From positions 64,780-128,779 of the forward strand of contig CAUJDS010000060.1 of the NCBI GenBank assembly GCA_963169695.1: a stretch of 64,000 nucleotides of DNA, written 5' to 3'. Each line of letters opens with the position of its first letter. The first letter of the stretch is position 1. Origin of the DNA: Bdellovibrionota bacterium (GTDB taxonomy: Bacteria > Bdellovibrionota > UBA1018 > CAUJDS01). The notes beneath the pieces were generated by a model. That model ran no database searches, was not told where the DNA came from, and saw only the letters and a program-made list of their open reading frames with translations. The position numbers and the translations under genes were made by a program. Shown one piece after another: positions 30,825-41,664 of the stretch.

Positions 30825-32717
30825 ATGAATCGTAGTGAATACCTGAGTGAACTTCATGCATCATGGAAAGATCCTGATTCTTATTGGGAGCTTCAAGCTA
30901 AGCGACTTGAGTGGAAAAAGCCGTGGAATCGAGTCAAAAACACAAGATTTGCACCAGATGTCGCTATCAATTGGTTTGAAGGCGGTAAGCTCAATCTTGC
31001 CGAAAATTGTATTGACCGGCACCTTGCAACGCGTTCCACGCAAACGGCTATTCTTTTTGAGCCGGATGATCCTTCGAAACCTGCGAGAGAGATTTCTTAT
31101 CAGGAGCTATCGGAAGAAGTTGGTCGCCTAGCAAATGGCTTGAAATCCATGGGTGTAAAAAAGGGGGATCGCGTATCGATTTACCTTCCTATGATTCCCG
31201 AAGCAGCGTTTGCCATGTTGGCCTGTGCCAGAATCGGAGCTGTCCATTCCGTGGTTTTTGGTGGTTTTTCGCCAGACTCTCTCGCGGACCGCATCGTAGA
31301 TTGCGGAAGCACCTTTGTAGTGACGGCGGATGAAGGATTGCGTGGTGGAAAAAGAATAGCCTTAAAGAAGAATGTGGACGAAGCCCTGGCAAAGGTGGGT
31401 CATGCCTGTCGTGTGTTGGTAGTTAAGCATACGGGAGCCGAAATAGGCTGGAAAACGGGGAGAGATTTCTGGTGGCACGAACTTCGCGATTCGATGAACC
31501 TTCATTGCGAGGCCGAGGTGATGGATGCCGAAGATCCTTTGTTTATTTTGTACACGTCAGGTTCGACCAATAAGCCCAAGGGTGTGTTGCACACAACAGC
31601 AGGATACTTGCTCTATGCTTCTATGACGCATGAGAAGGTTTTTGATTACAGGGCTCCTGAGGTCTATTGGTGCACGGCGGATGTCGGTTGGGTGACCGGA
31701 CATAGCTACGTTGTCTATGGTCCGCTTTGCAATGGGGCAACGACGTTGATGTTTGAAGGGGTGCCACATTATCCAACAGCGTCCCGATTTTGGGAGGTGA
31801 TTGATCGCCATCAAGTTTCGATCTTTTATACGGCTCCTACCGCCATACGCGCATTGATGCGAGAGGGCGAGGCACCTGTGAAGAGAACTTCGCGGAGTTC
31901 TTTGCGAATATTAGGCTCGGTGGGCGAGCCACTGAATCCAGAAGCCTGGGAGTGGTACCGGCGCGTGGTGGGCGATGAAAGATGTCCCGTGGTCGATACG
32001 TGGTGGCAGACGGAGACGGGTGGAATAATGATTTCGCCACTGCCTGGAGTCAACGGAGAGAAAGCTGGATCGGTAGCGATGCCATTTTTTGGAGTGCAAC
32101 CGGTCATCGTCGATGATCAAGGCAAGGAGTTGCTTGGTGCTGCTCAAGGCAACCTTTGCATCAAGGACTCTTGGCCAGGGCAAGCTCGGTCGCTCTACTC
32201 CGATCACTCGCGTTTTGAGCTGACTTACTTCAAAACCTTTCCGGGTATGTACTTTACTGGCGATGGATGTCGTCGCGATGCGGATGGTGATTATTGGATC
32301 ACTGGTCGCGTGGATGATGTACTCAACGTTTCGGGGCATCGGCTCGGAACCGCAGAAATCGAGAGCGCCCTAGTGGCCCACTCCAAGGTAGCTGAAGCGG
32401 GAGTGGTGGGAGTGCCCCATTCCATCAAAGGACAGGGAATATATTGCTACGTGACACTCAAAACTGGAATAGAGCCTTCTGAGGAGCTTCATTCTGAATT
32501 GCGCCAGTGGGTCGCAAAAGAAATTGGCGCTTTGGCACGCCCTGACTATTTGCAGTGGGCTCCTAGTTTGCCCAAGACTCGGTCAGGAAAAATTATGAGA
32601 CGCATCCTCCGAAAAATTGCGAATCACGAAGAAGAGCAACTGGGAGACATTTCTACTTTGGCAGATCCATCGGTTGTAGATGATTTGATTGCTAACCGAG
32701 AGAAAACCGCAGGATGA
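30825..32717 (+). CDS. acs: Acetyl-CoA synthetase
   Basis: [15 protein letters not shown]-binding motif. About 630 aa from the ATG at 30825 (AGAAGGTGGG Shine-Dalgarno). The track ORF starts earlier at 30714. Confidence 0.9.
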   Translation: MNRSEYLSELHASWKDPDSYWELQAKRLEWKKPWNRVKNTRFAPDVAINWFEGGKLNLAENCIDRHLATRSTQTAILFEPDDPSKPAREISYQELSEEVGRLANGLKSMGVKKGDRVSIYLPMIPEAAFAMLACARIGAVHSVVFGGFSPDSLADRIVDCGSTFVVTADEGLRGGKRIALKKNVDEALAKVGHACRVLVVKHTGAEIGWKTGRDFWWHELRDSMNLHCEAEVMDAEDPLFILYTSGSTNKPKGVLHTTAGYLLYASMTHEKVFDYRAPEVYWCTADVGWVTGHSYVVYGPLCNGATTLMFEGVPHYPTASRFWEVIDRHQVSIFYTAPTAIRALMREGEAPVKRTSRSSLRILGSVGEPLNPEAWEWYRRVVGDERCPVVDTWWQTETGGIMISPLPGVNGEKAGSVAMPFFGVQPVIVDDQGKELLGAAQGNLCIKDSWPGQARSLYSDHSRFELTYFKTFPGMYFTGDGCRRDADGDYWITGRVDDVLNVSGHRLGTAEIESALVAHSKVAEAGVVGVPHSIKGQGIYCYVTLKTGIEPSEELHSELRQWVAKEIGALARPDYLQWAPSLPKTRSGKIMRRILRKIANHEEEQLGDISTLADPSVVDDLIANREKTAG

Positions 32718-33466
32718 AGACGTCGCTTAACTTAAAAAGAATTTTTCATCCTTCGGGCGGTTTGGTCTATCACTTCACAGCAATGCGATATGGCCGATCT
32801 GCGTGGAAACCTTTTCGAGATCAGGTAGCCGTGTGGCTGAATTCATGGAGGACTCCTCCCTCTCAATTGGTCATTGTTGGCCCCAGTGGTGGGTATTGCT
32901 TGAATAAGGAATTTCTTAAGCGATTTGAATCGATTGTTCTTGTCGAGACAGATCCGATAGCTCCTTGGATGTTTCGGATGCGCCATTCGCTGAGGAAGGG
33001 TTGCTTGACGGACCGCTGTAATTATTTCCTGCCTAAGGATTCAGAGACTTCCCAGGGTGGGCTGGATTTGTTTTTTGATCGGTACAAAAATTCAGCGATT
33101 TTATTTTCGAATGTCATTGGTCAACTCAGTTATGAAGAACCCTATGTCAAGGATCCGGATTTTTTCTTAGATCTTTTGGAAGAGCTGAAGGGATTTTTAG
33201 ATCAGCATCCATGCTGGTTGAGCTTTCATGATTCTCTATCATCGAAGACAAGATTTCAGTTGGCTTCGGATTCTGTTTCTTTAGAGCCCGGTGAATCTCC
33301 CGAAAGCCTGCTCCAGCAAATCCGCTTTGATGCGACTCCCACTGGGACAGAAGTAGAAATTATGGATCACGACACGAGTCAGATGTTTGAAAATTTTGTA
33401 AGGCACTATGGAGTGTGGCATCTCACCCCATTGCAGCATCACTTGATAGAATGCGTCATACGCTAG
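32714..33466 (+). CDS. Hypothetical protein with Rossmann-like VIVGPSGGY...VLVETD motif; translationally coupled to acs
   Basis: ATG overlaps the acs stop (ATGA). A Gly-rich loop followed by an acidic residue resembles class-I methyltransferase motif I. This assignment is weak. Confidence 0.5.
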   Translation: MKTSLNLKRIFHPSGGLVYHFTAMRYGRSAWKPFRDQVAVWLNSWRTPPSQLVIVGPSGGYCLNKEFLKRFESIVLVETDPIAPWMFRMRHSLRKGCLTDRCNYFLPKDSETSQGGLDLFFDRYKNSAILFSNVIGQLSYEEPYVKDPDFFLDLLEELKGFLDQHPCWLSFHDSLSSKTRFQLASDSVSLEPGESPESLLQQIRFDATPTGTEVEIMDHDTSQMFENFVRHYGVWHLTPLQHHLIECVIR

Positions 33467-34221
33467 CGCTTTTTTCCTTGATGGGCGACGGCTTCTTGCG
33501 CTTTTCTGATTGCTTCTGGGTCTCCAAGGTAACGGTGACTCAAGGGTTTCAAGTCGGAATCCAACTCATAGACCAAAGGCACGCCCGTCGGGATATTCAT
33601 TTCTGTGATATCGGCATCCGATACTTGGTCCAAGTGTTTCACAAGGGCTCGCAAGCTATTGCCATGTGCAACGATGAGGGTCTTCTTGCCACTTTGAATG
33701 GTTGGAACGAGCGTATTCTCCCAGTAGGGTAGGAAGCGCTCTACGGTAAGCTTGAGAGATTCCGCTAAGGGAATTTCTTGCGGCTTGAGACTAGCGTAGC
33801 GAGGGTCTTTGGAGGGGGACCTTGCGTCGCTAAGCTCCATGGGAGGTGGGGGGATGTCATAGCTCCGGCGCCAGATTTGAACCTGTTTTTCGCCGAATTT
33901 TTCGGCCATTTCCGATTTATTCAGTCCCTGAAGATTGCCATAATGCCGCTCATTGAGCCGCCAAGAGCGATGGACTGGGATCCACATGAGGTCCATCGTA
34001 TCGAGCACCGTCCAGAGTGTACGAATGGCCCGCTTTAAGACTGACGTGTGAGCCAGGTCGAACGTGAGGCCTTCTTTTTTTAGGATTTCACCTGCGCTTT
34101 TGGCTTCAAGCTGACCCTGTGGGCTGAGGTCAATGTCCATCCATCCGGTGAATCGATTTTCTTGATTCCAAAGGCTTTGACCATGCCGAACTAGGACAAG
34201 TGTATGAGCGGAATTTTTCAT
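33463..34221 (-). CDS. gpmA: 2,3-bisphosphoglycerate-dependent phosphoglycerate mutase
   Basis: [20 protein letters not shown] signature. 252 aa. Confidence 0.9.
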   Translation of the reverse strand: MKNSAHTLVLVRHGQSLWNQENRFTGWMDIDLSPQGQLEAKSAGEILKKEGLTFDLAHTSVLKRAIRTLWTVLDTMDLMWIPVHRSWRLNERHYGNLQGLNKSEMAEKFGEKQVQIWRRSYDIPPPPMELSDARSPSKDPRYASLKPQEIPLAESLKLTVERFLPYWENTLVPTIQSGKKTLIVAHGNSLRALVKHLDQVSDADITEMNIPTGVPLVYELDSDLKPLSHRYLGDPEAIRKAQEAVAHQGKKR

Positions 34222-35087
34222 GACCAGTACTTTCCATAGAGGAGCGAGAGGTTCTTCTTCGTTGTAGCAGGAAATGTTTTGGGATCCGTCATGATGGCAT
34301 TTTTGGCAGCATGGTGGGCTTCACTCCTAAAATCGTTTGGAATATTTTCGAAAATTTTTGGCAATGCCTTCTTAATAACAGCCACATTCTGTTTCATGGT
34401 AGCAATCACGGTTTCGACCGTTACGGCTTCTTCTTCCACTTTCCAGCAATCGTAGTCGGTGACCATAGCAATGGTGGCGTAGGCCATTTCAGCTTCGCGA
34501 GCAAGTTTGGCTTCAGGGATAGCGGTCATGCCAATAATGCTGCATCCCCACGAACGATAAAGGTGGCTTTCTGCTCGGGTAGAGAAGGGAGTTCCTTCCA
34601 TGCAAAGGTAAGTGCCGCCTTGGTGGACGCGATTGAGTCGCAGTCCTTGGAGAGTAGTGAAAACACTCTGCGATAAGGCGGCGCAAAACGGATCTGCAAA
34701 TCCTACATGCCCTACAATTCCTTCTCCAAAAAAAGTATCGATGCGATGTCGCGTTCGGTCGATGATCTGATCAGGGATCACAAAATCCTGCGGGTGGAAT
34801 TGCTCTTGGAGGCTTCCTACTGCTGAAATAGACAAAACGTTTCGGACTCCTAGTGACTTCAATGCATAAATATTGGCGCGCGAATTGACTTCGGTAGGCG
34901 TTAGTCGATGCCCCACGCCGTGTCGAGGGAGGAAGGCGACTCGTTTACCCGATACCTCTGCGACGATGATCTTATCGGAAGGCTTTCCAAAGGGAGTTTC
35001 GATTGCTTCCTCCGAAAGGACCTTCACACCATCCAACTGATAAACGCCGCTGCCGCCGATTACGCCAAATTCTGCTTTATTATTCAT
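34218..35087 (-). CDS. mtnP: S-methyl-5'-thioadenosine phosphorylase
   Basis: [11 protein letters not shown]-terminus and PNP-family fold. Stop overlaps the gpmA start. Confidence 0.85.
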   Translation of the reverse strand: MNNKAEFGVIGGSGVYQLDGVKVLSEEAIETPFGKPSDKIIVAEVSGKRVAFLPRHGVGHRLTPTEVNSRANIYALKSLGVRNVLSISAVGSLQEQFHPQDFVIPDQIIDRTRHRIDTFFGEGIVGHVGFADPFCAALSQSVFTTLQGLRLNRVHQGGTYLCMEGTPFSTRAESHLYRSWGCSIIGMTAIPEAKLAREAEMAYATIAMVTDYDCWKVEEEAVTVETVIATMKQNVAVIKKALPKIFENIPNDFRSEAHHAAKNAIMTDPKTFPATTKKNLSLLYGKYWS

Positions 35088-35193
35088 AGGCCACCGACGC
35101 TAACATAGGACGCGGGGGTCAGTCACCTCCCTAGAAAACTGACTGGCAACTACCTGGAAAACCGGGGTAGGCTTCTTCCAAGAGGTAGCTAGC

Positions 35194-36279
35194 GTGAATC
35201 TAAGAGTTGGAATCGCAGTATTTGTTGCGGGGCTTCTTATGCATACGTCGATTCACTTTGCCATTGCATCAAGCCCGATGGCCGTTTGGATAATGACTTA
35301 TAATGTCGAAAATCTCTTCGACACCGTCAAAGACCCTGTGAAGAAAGACGCTGATTTTTTGCCGCTGAGTCTCAAGGCTGACCCAAAGATTCAAGCGGAG
35401 TGTCGTGCCATGCAGAAATCGGAATGGCGACAACGCTGTCTGACGTTGGACTATAGCGAAGCGGTCCTTGCAGAGAAGATCAAGCGTTTGGGAGAAGTCA
35501 TTTTGAGCCTTCAGGGGCATAAGGGACCTGATGTGATCATCCTTCAGGAAGTTGAAAACCTGGGAGTGCTCAAACAATTGGCTGATCAAGGGCTGCCGCA
35601 TTCGGACTACCGAGCGATTCTCTTGGAAGGAAGTGACTATCGCGGAATTGATGTAGCCATTCTCACACGACTCCAGCCGCTGGGCGATGCTCACCTTGAG
35701 AAGATTCCCTTTGAAGAGAAAGCGATGAAGCGGGAGAAGCTCGCCAATGATTTCCGGGAAGTCCTTGTCCAGGATTTGGCACTGCCTGGAGGAGACGTGC
35801 TGACCGTGATGGGAGTGCATTTACCGGCACCTTTTCATGATGCTTCTCTTCGACAACAAGCTTTGGCCTTTTTAAAAAAACTTCGTGATCAGAGGGGTAG
35901 CAATCGCTACACCTTGGTTGCTGGCGACTTCAATATCACTCGAGACGAAAATCATGACCTTGGTGTTTTGAATCAAGCAGAAAAAGATGGATGGGTCGTC
36001 GCTCATCGATTGGGGTGCTATCAATGCAAGGGTACTTCCTACTATCCACCCAAAAAGCAGTGGTCTTTTTTGGACATGGTTTGGCTCTCAGAGCGAATGT
36101 CACCCCAATCTAAAGAAACCGGTTGGAAGCTGATTCCTGATGCGACTCGCGTAGTGGACAATGGGTCCAAACACCAGCGCAATAAGCAGAAGACTCCAGA
36201 GCCTTTTTCGGTTCATTACAGTAAGATTAAAGGCGTATCGGATCATTTTCCGTTATTGGTGGGGTTGACGCGAAAGTAA
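35194..36279 (+). CDS. Secreted endonuclease/exonuclease/phosphatase (EEP) family protein
   Basis: GTG start with AGAGGT Shine-Dalgarno. Signal peptide. MTYNVENLFD N-terminal EEP motif and C-terminal SDHFP. Confidence 0.7.
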   Translation: MNLRVGIAVFVAGLLMHTSIHFAIASSPMAVWIMTYNVENLFDTVKDPVKKDADFLPLSLKADPKIQAECRAMQKSEWRQRCLTLDYSEAVLAEKIKRLGEVILSLQGHKGPDVIILQEVENLGVLKQLADQGLPHSDYRAILLEGSDYRGIDVAILTRLQPLGDAHLEKIPFEEKAMKREKLANDFREVLVQDLALPGGDVLTVMGVHLPAPFHDASLRQQALAFLKKLRDQRGSNRYTLVAGDFNITRDENHDLGVLNQAEKDGWVVAHRLGCYQCKGTSYYPPKKQWSFLDMVWLSERMSPQSKETGWKLIPDATRVVDNGSKHQRNKQKTPEPFSVHYSKIKGVSDHFPLLVGLTRK

Positions 36280-37329
36280 AAGTGAGTCGATCGACGTTTC
36301 TTTCATTTGATGCGAAACGCTTCGGCTTTGTGCTCGGTGATAGAGTGGATCGTAGTATTCTTCGAGCAAGTAACGAATCCAGTGCTTATTAGAATCAAGA
36401 CTCTGTGATCGTTGAAAATCGAGTTTTGACTTTTCGAGAAGTGCCAGAGCAATCTGAGTACGTGCGCCTCCCAGCTTTTGGGATATTGCGACGATAGCGC
36501 GCTCAAATTCATCAAATCGAGATGGGTCCTTGTCTCGCCACAACTTAGAATCTACCAAGTAGTCTTGAAGGATGTTCTGACAGCGTTCTTCCAGGCTGAC
36601 ATGAAGCATGATCCTTTGGCTTTTTTGAATCGCCTCAAAAATCAGAGCCGGAAGCGAGCATCGGCCAATCATTCGACTTTCATCCTCTATGAGTACGGGA
36701 TTTCTCTGCTGTGCGAGGTGAAGGAGTCGAACCGCAAGTGCATTTTCAAAATCAACTTGAGTGGGTTGCGAAATTTCAAGGGATCCAAAGGCAGATCCCC
36801 GGTGCCGGGCTAGTCCTTCAAGGTCTAGGTGTGGTCGTCCGCTTTGAAGGATCTTTTGAGTCTTGCGTGAGCCTGTCGGCCCACAAACAACAATCCAGTT
36901 GATCAGTTTGGCGTAATCATGGATCCACTCCAGAAATTTGTGACGAAGGGTCTTGTACCCACCTTCGACGATTGGGATAGTGGCGCCGTGATCGCGTGCC
37001 CACGCTTGGGCGGTCCGTGATCGGAGACCGCCCCGAAAGCAATAAATCACACTGTTTGGGTGAAGTCGCCATTCATCCACCCATGTGATCGTACGACTTT
37101 CTCGCACGGGACCGTTGACTAATGCTTGTCCGAGTTGAACCGCGCTTTCGGGTCCCTTTTCTTTGTAGCAAATGCCGACCTCGTGGCGCTCAGAATCAGT
37201 AAGTAGTGGTAAGTTGATGGCGTCCGGGACGGAGCCTTCCTTGAATTCTATCGGTGCCCGTACATCAATCCAATGGGTCGGGCGAAGAAAGTGGCTTTCA
37301 AGTTGATCAGAAGGAATCAAGTCCTTCAT
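36253..37329 (-). CDS. selU: tRNA 2-selenouridine synthase
   Basis: Rhodanese-like N-terminus with CFRGGLRS. P-loop VVCGPTGSRKT. Confidence 0.8.
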   Translation of the reverse strand: MKDLIPSDQLESHFLRPTHWIDVRAPIEFKEGSVPDAINLPLLTDSERHEVGICYKEKGPESAVQLGQALVNGPVRESRTITWVDEWRLHPNSVIYCFRGGLRSRTAQAWARDHGATIPIVEGGYKTLRHKFLEWIHDYAKLINWIVVCGPTGSRKTQKILQSGRPHLDLEGLARHRGSAFGSLEISQPTQVDFENALAVRLLHLAQQRNPVLIEDESRMIGRCSLPALIFEAIQKSQRIMLHVSLEERCQNILQDYLVDSKLWRDKDPSRFDEFERAIVAISQKLGGARTQIALALLEKSKLDFQRSQSLDSNKHWIRYLLEEYYDPLYHRAQSRSVSHQMKETSIDSLLLSRQPHQ

Positions 37330-38378
37330 TGAAACCGCAATTCCGCACGCTCGGATGGAATGACTTTTCCGATGATCTGACTTGCAGGGAAATTAATGCG
37401 GAGTTCTTCAAGGATAGCTGCGGCCTCTTCTGCTTGAACCGAAAGAAGTATTCCTCCGCTCGTCTGCGGGTCTAGGCATAGCAGTTGCGAGAGGGAGTCA
37501 GCGACTGTCCAGTCGGTAGCCTCATGAATGAACTCGCGATTGGTGCGGTGAGCTTTGGTGAGCATTCCTTTTTCAAGAAATTCATAGGCGCGTGCGAATC
37601 GTGGGATTGCTTTGGTTTCGATCGAAAGACTCACGCGACTAGCGCGCGCAAGATTCAGCGCATGGCCCGCCAATCCAAATCCCGTGATGTCGGTTGCAGC
37701 ATGGACAAACGGCTTCTTGCTGCCAGAGAGAATCTGAGGGACGTTGTTGAGTAGGCACATGCTATCGAGCGCATCTTGGATTCCGGTCTCGGTGGTTTCT
37801 CCACGTTTCAATGCAGCCGTAAGTGTGCCGGTGCCAAGCGGCTTGGTGAGGATGAGGCTGTCTCCCACGCGGGCTCCTGAGTTGGACCAAATTTGCGACG
37901 GATTGACGTAGCCGGTGACTGAAAGGCCCAATTTGATGGTGTCATCGTCAATCGTATGTCCGCCAACGAGTGCAGCCCCCGCCTCGGTGAGTATCGAAGC
38001 AACGCCACGCAAGAGTTCAACGGCGACTTGCGTGTCGAGGGTTGCGAGTGGAAAGGCAAAGATAGCCATAGCGGTCTTCGGAATGCCGCCCATGGCATAA
38101 ACGTCACTGAGTGCATTGGCCGCCGCGATTTTTCCAAAAAGCTCCGGCGTGTCCACAATGGGCGTAAAAAAATCTAGCGTTTGAACCAGCGCCAAATCGG
38201 GTTGAACCAGAAAAATGGCGGCATCGTCAAAGGTATCGCTGCCAATTAGCAACTCTGGTGGACGCGGGGGGAAAGTGACTTGATGAAGGATCTTCTTGAG
38301 CTCGGTCGCTGCCACTTTGGCGGCGCAACCTCCTTTTTGAACGGTCTGAGTGAGCCGAATGGTGGAGTTTTCTTGCAT
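37326..38378 (-). CDS. selD: Selenide, water dikinase (Cys-type)
   Basis: IRLTQTVQKGGCAAKV N-terminus (Cys/Lys active-site loop). Stop overlaps the selU start (ATGA). Confidence 0.85.
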   Translation of the reverse strand: MQENSTIRLTQTVQKGGCAAKVAATELKKILHQVTFPPRPPELLIGSDTFDDAAIFLVQPDLALVQTLDFFTPIVDTPELFGKIAAANALSDVYAMGGIPKTAMAIFAFPLATLDTQVAVELLRGVASILTEAGAALVGGHTIDDDTIKLGLSVTGYVNPSQIWSNSGARVGDSLILTKPLGTGTLTAALKRGETTETGIQDALDSMCLLNNVPQILSGSKKPFVHAATDITGFGLAGHALNLARASRVSLSIETKAIPRFARAYEFLEKGMLTKAHRTNREFIHEATDWTVADSLSQLLCLDPQTSGGILLSVQAEEAAAILEELRINFPASQIIGKVIPSERAELRFQ

Positions 38379-38443
38379 GGAACACCTTTATCAGGCTTCG
38401 TAGCACCTTGGCAAAGATCTGACATTCCGCTATCCTACCCCCC

Positions 38444-41308
38444 ATGTCAGATCAAAAGAGTCAGCAAAAAGACCCCTACCGTGACACCCTTCACCTTCCC
38501 AAAACCGATTTTCCCATGAAAGCGGGACTTTTGGAGGCTGAGCCTAAGTTTCAAAAGAAGTGGCTGGATATGGGGCTCTACACTTCGCTCCGTTCTCAAA
38601 ACCACGCAAAAGGCCGGTTTCTTTTTCACGATGGACCACCTTATGCCAATGGATCTATTCACCTCGGTCATCTTCTCAACAAGGTACTAAAGGACCTCGT
38701 GGTGAGGACCAAGACCATGGATGGTTACGACGTTGATTACATTCCCGGATGGGACTGCCATGGCCTACCTATTGAACACAAAGTATTGAAAGAACTCGGA
38801 CCCAAAGCGCGAGAGCTTACGAAGAGTCAAGTTCGAGAAAAATGCCATGACTACGCGGCCGGGTTTGTGAAGCTTCAGGCAGATCAGATGATTCGGCTTG
38901 GAACACTAGCCAATTATTCCAAGCCTTACCTCACGATGAATCCAGCTTATGAGGGCGCAGTCTTGGAAGTGTTTTCGGATTTGGTAGCTGCGGGTTTGGT
39001 TAAGCGAGCCCTTAAGCCTGTGCACTGGTCTATTGCCAATCGAACAGCGTTGGCAGAGGCCGAATTGGAATATGAAGAACGCGAAGACCAGAGTGTCTAC
39101 ACGCTCTTTGAAGTAGATACCTCTTCTTCTCAGATTCCTGCAGAACTTCATTCAGCAAAGGGTGAGCCGCTTTACCTTATGATTTGGACAACCACGCCTT
39201 GGACACTTCCAGCCAATCGGGCCATCGCGGTTGCCCCCAAAGGCAAGTACGGTTTGTATCGCGTCACTAAGGAAGGGCGTAGCATTCAGGTCGTCGTTGT
39301 CGAAGCGCTAGCCGAGAAAGTATTCGATGCTAAGCGTGGAGTTGAAAAGCACGAGCTGTTGGGCGTTTGCCTTGGAGAAGAACTCACTCAGGTGAAGTAC
39401 CGTCATCCCTTCGTTTCTTACGCAGGGCCAGTGGTCACGGCAGAATATGTAACCTTCGAAGATGGTACCGGATTGGTCCATACGGCGCCTGGACATGGAA
39501 CCGAAGACTACGAAACCGGCAAACGCGAGAATCTCGAAATTTACTGTCCGGTCTTAGAGGATGGAAAATACGATGATACAGCTCCCGAATGGCTGAAAGG
39601 AAAGTCCGTATGGGATGGCAATCAACTGGTTATTGATCGCCTCAAAGAATCAGGGGATCTGTTTTTTCATCACAAATTTAAGCACTCCTATCCGCACGAC
39701 TGGAGGAGTAAAACGCCGACTATCTACCGCGCAACTCATCAATGGTTTGTTTTGGTGGATCACGCCTATGGTCCTGGCAAAAAGACCCTTCGACAAGCGG
39801 CGCTTCAGGCTGCTCAGAAGGACATCGCCTTCTACCCGGATTGGGGACGGAATCGATTGACCGGCATGCTTGAGTCGCGGCCAGATTGGTGTATCAGTCG
39901 GCAAAGGGCTTGGGGACTTCCCATTCCTGCCTTCACCCACACCAATGGGGAGTCGCTCCTTACGCCAGAGAGTGTGAAGGCGGTAGCAAAAGTTATTCGT
40001 GCAAAGGGTTCTTCCTTTTGGTTTGATGCTACTCCGCAGGATCTCTTGAGCGGCTATGACCCTTCGAAAGATACTTTGGCACCTGCATGGTCCAAGCAGG
40101 ATTGGAAGAAAGTCCTCAGTCAATTGGAGAAGTCCCACGATATTTTTGATGTTTGGTTTGAGTCGGGTTCTTCTTGGAATGCTGTATTGAGAGAGCGAGG
40201 CATGGGTTATCCGGCTGATCTTTATCTTGAAGGATCTGACCAGCATCGAGGTTGGTTTCAGCTTTCGTTATTGCCCGCACTGGGTGCGACCGGGGTTGCT
40301 CCTTTCAAGGCCCTTCTTACGCACGGATTTATGGTGGATGGCAAGGGCAAGAAGATGGGTAAGTCCCTGGGCAATTCGGTCGAAGTCGATGACCTGCTCA
40401 AGCAGTACGGCGCAGATATTTGCAGGTGGTGGGTTGCCTCGCTGAATTACGCCAATGACATCAAAGTAGACTGGAATTACTTCAAAGTGGCTGGCGAGGA
40501 ATATCGAAAAATTCGGAACACGATGCGCTTCTTGCTTGGCAATATTTTTGATTTCGATCCCGCCAAAAATACCCATGTGTGGAAAGACGAAGACCGTACG
40601 AGTATTGATGCCTGGGCGCTATCCGAATTTCAAAAAATGCAGAGCGCCGTGCTGGAAGCCTATCGTGAATTTGACTTCAAGCGAGCGCAAGAATCCCTAT
40701 TTCACTTTTGCAATGAGACGTTAAGTGCCATCTACCTTGCTACTTGCAAGGATCGTCTCTATTGCGAAGCCACCAACAGTGTCAAAAGACGACGCACTCA
40801 GACCGTACTCCACGAGATGGCCAACGGTATGATTCGACTTTTGGCTCCAATCTTGGTCCATACCGCGGATGAAGCCTTTGGCTACTTGCATGGCAAACCT
40901 CCGGAGGGATTTCCTTCCAGTATCCATTTGGAGAAATTTCGAGAATCCAAAGAAGGACTGGCCCATCCCGATTGGAGCCGCGTATTTGAGCTGCGAAATC
41001 TTGCCTTGAAACAAATGGAGCTGACGAAGGAGAAGGGCCTGACCAATCAAATGGATATGGGCGTCTTAGCTAAAATGGGCAAAGAGGATTTTGATCGTAT
41101 TCAGCCCTTCAAAGACGATTTGGCGGATCTTTGCGGTGTGAGCCGATTTCGTTCTGAGAAAGCTACGCAACCTGGAATCGAAATAGAAATTGAAGACCTA
41201 CGCGAGCAGCCCCGCTGTCAGCGATCGTGGAAGCGCGACGGTACCGTACGTCAGCGATCCGATGGCGGAATGCTTACCGATCGAGACGCTGGTGCATTGG
41301 GCGTCTAA
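38444..41308 (+). CDS. ileS: Isoleucyl-tRNA synthetase
   Basis: PYANGSIHLGH and KMGKSLGN motifs. 954 aa. C-terminal zinc-finger region appears degenerate. Confidence 0.9.
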   Translation: MSDQKSQQKDPYRDTLHLPKTDFPMKAGLLEAEPKFQKKWLDMGLYTSLRSQNHAKGRFLFHDGPPYANGSIHLGHLLNKVLKDLVVRTKTMDGYDVDYIPGWDCHGLPIEHKVLKELGPKARELTKSQVREKCHDYAAGFVKLQADQMIRLGTLANYSKPYLTMNPAYEGAVLEVFSDLVAAGLVKRALKPVHWSIANRTALAEAELEYEEREDQSVYTLFEVDTSSSQIPAELHSAKGEPLYLMIWTTTPWTLPANRAIAVAPKGKYGLYRVTKEGRSIQVVVVEALAEKVFDAKRGVEKHELLGVCLGEELTQVKYRHPFVSYAGPVVTAEYVTFEDGTGLVHTAPGHGTEDYETGKRENLEIYCPVLEDGKYDDTAPEWLKGKSVWDGNQLVIDRLKESGDLFFHHKFKHSYPHDWRSKTPTIYRATHQWFVLVDHAYGPGKKTLRQAALQAAQKDIAFYPDWGRNRLTGMLESRPDWCISRQRAWGLPIPAFTHTNGESLLTPESVKAVAKVIRAKGSSFWFDATPQDLLSGYDPSKDTLAPAWSKQDWKKVLSQLEKSHDIFDVWFESGSSWNAVLRERGMGYPADLYLEGSDQHRGWFQLSLLPALGATGVAPFKALLTHGFMVDGKGKKMGKSLGNSVEVDDLLKQYGADICRWWVASLNYANDIKVDWNYFKVAGEEYRKIRNTMRFLLGNIFDFDPAKNTHVWKDEDRTSIDAWALSEFQKMQSAVLEAYREFDFKRAQESLFHFCNETLSAIYLATCKDRLYCEATNSVKRRRTQTVLHEMANGMIRLLAPILVHTADEAFGYLHGKPPEGFPSSIHLEKFRESKEGLAHPDWSRVFELRNLALKQMELTKEKGLTNQMDMGVLAKMGKEDFDRIQPFKDDLADLCGVSRFRSEKATQPGIEIEIEDLREQPRCQRSWKRDGTVRQRSDGGMLTDRDAGALGV

Positions 41309-41325
41309 TGAAAAGCTGTTTGGAG

Positions 41326-41664
41326 CTATCCAGGTGGCCACTTGAGCTGGCGCCCTGCCAGGAGGTGAATGTGAAGGTGGGCTACCTCTTGACCACCATG
41401 TTGTCGGCAATTGATGACTACGCGATAGCCTTGCTCTTCGATTCCAAGTTGTCGGGCAATTTCGGTCGTCTTGATCATGAGGTGCCCTAAGAGCGCCTGG
41501 TCTTCCGGCTTAGCATCTGCAAGGGTAGGGATTTCTTTTCTTGGAATTATGAGGATATGGACAGGAGCCTGTGGGTGAATGTCTTTGAAGGCTATGCAGT
41601 GGTCATCTTCGTAGATCTTTTGAGTAGGAATGGCTCCGTCCAGAATTTTCTTAAATATCGTCAT
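41326..41664 (-). CDS. HIT-family (histidine triad) protein
   Basis: HLHIHLLAG triad. 112 aa. Confidence 0.8.
   Translation of the reverse strand: MTIFKKILDGAIPTQKIYEDDHCIAFKDIHPQAPVHILIIPRKEIPTLADAKPEDQALLGHLMIKTTEIARQLGIEEQGYRVVINCRQHGGQEVAHLHIHLLAGRQLKWPPG

Noticed and set aside
35269-35820. 183-aa minus-strand ORF
   Set aside because: Antisense inside the EEP nuclease gene.
39650-40246. 198-aa minus-strand ORF
   Set aside because: Antisense inside ileS. No ribosome-binding site. Low-complexity translation.
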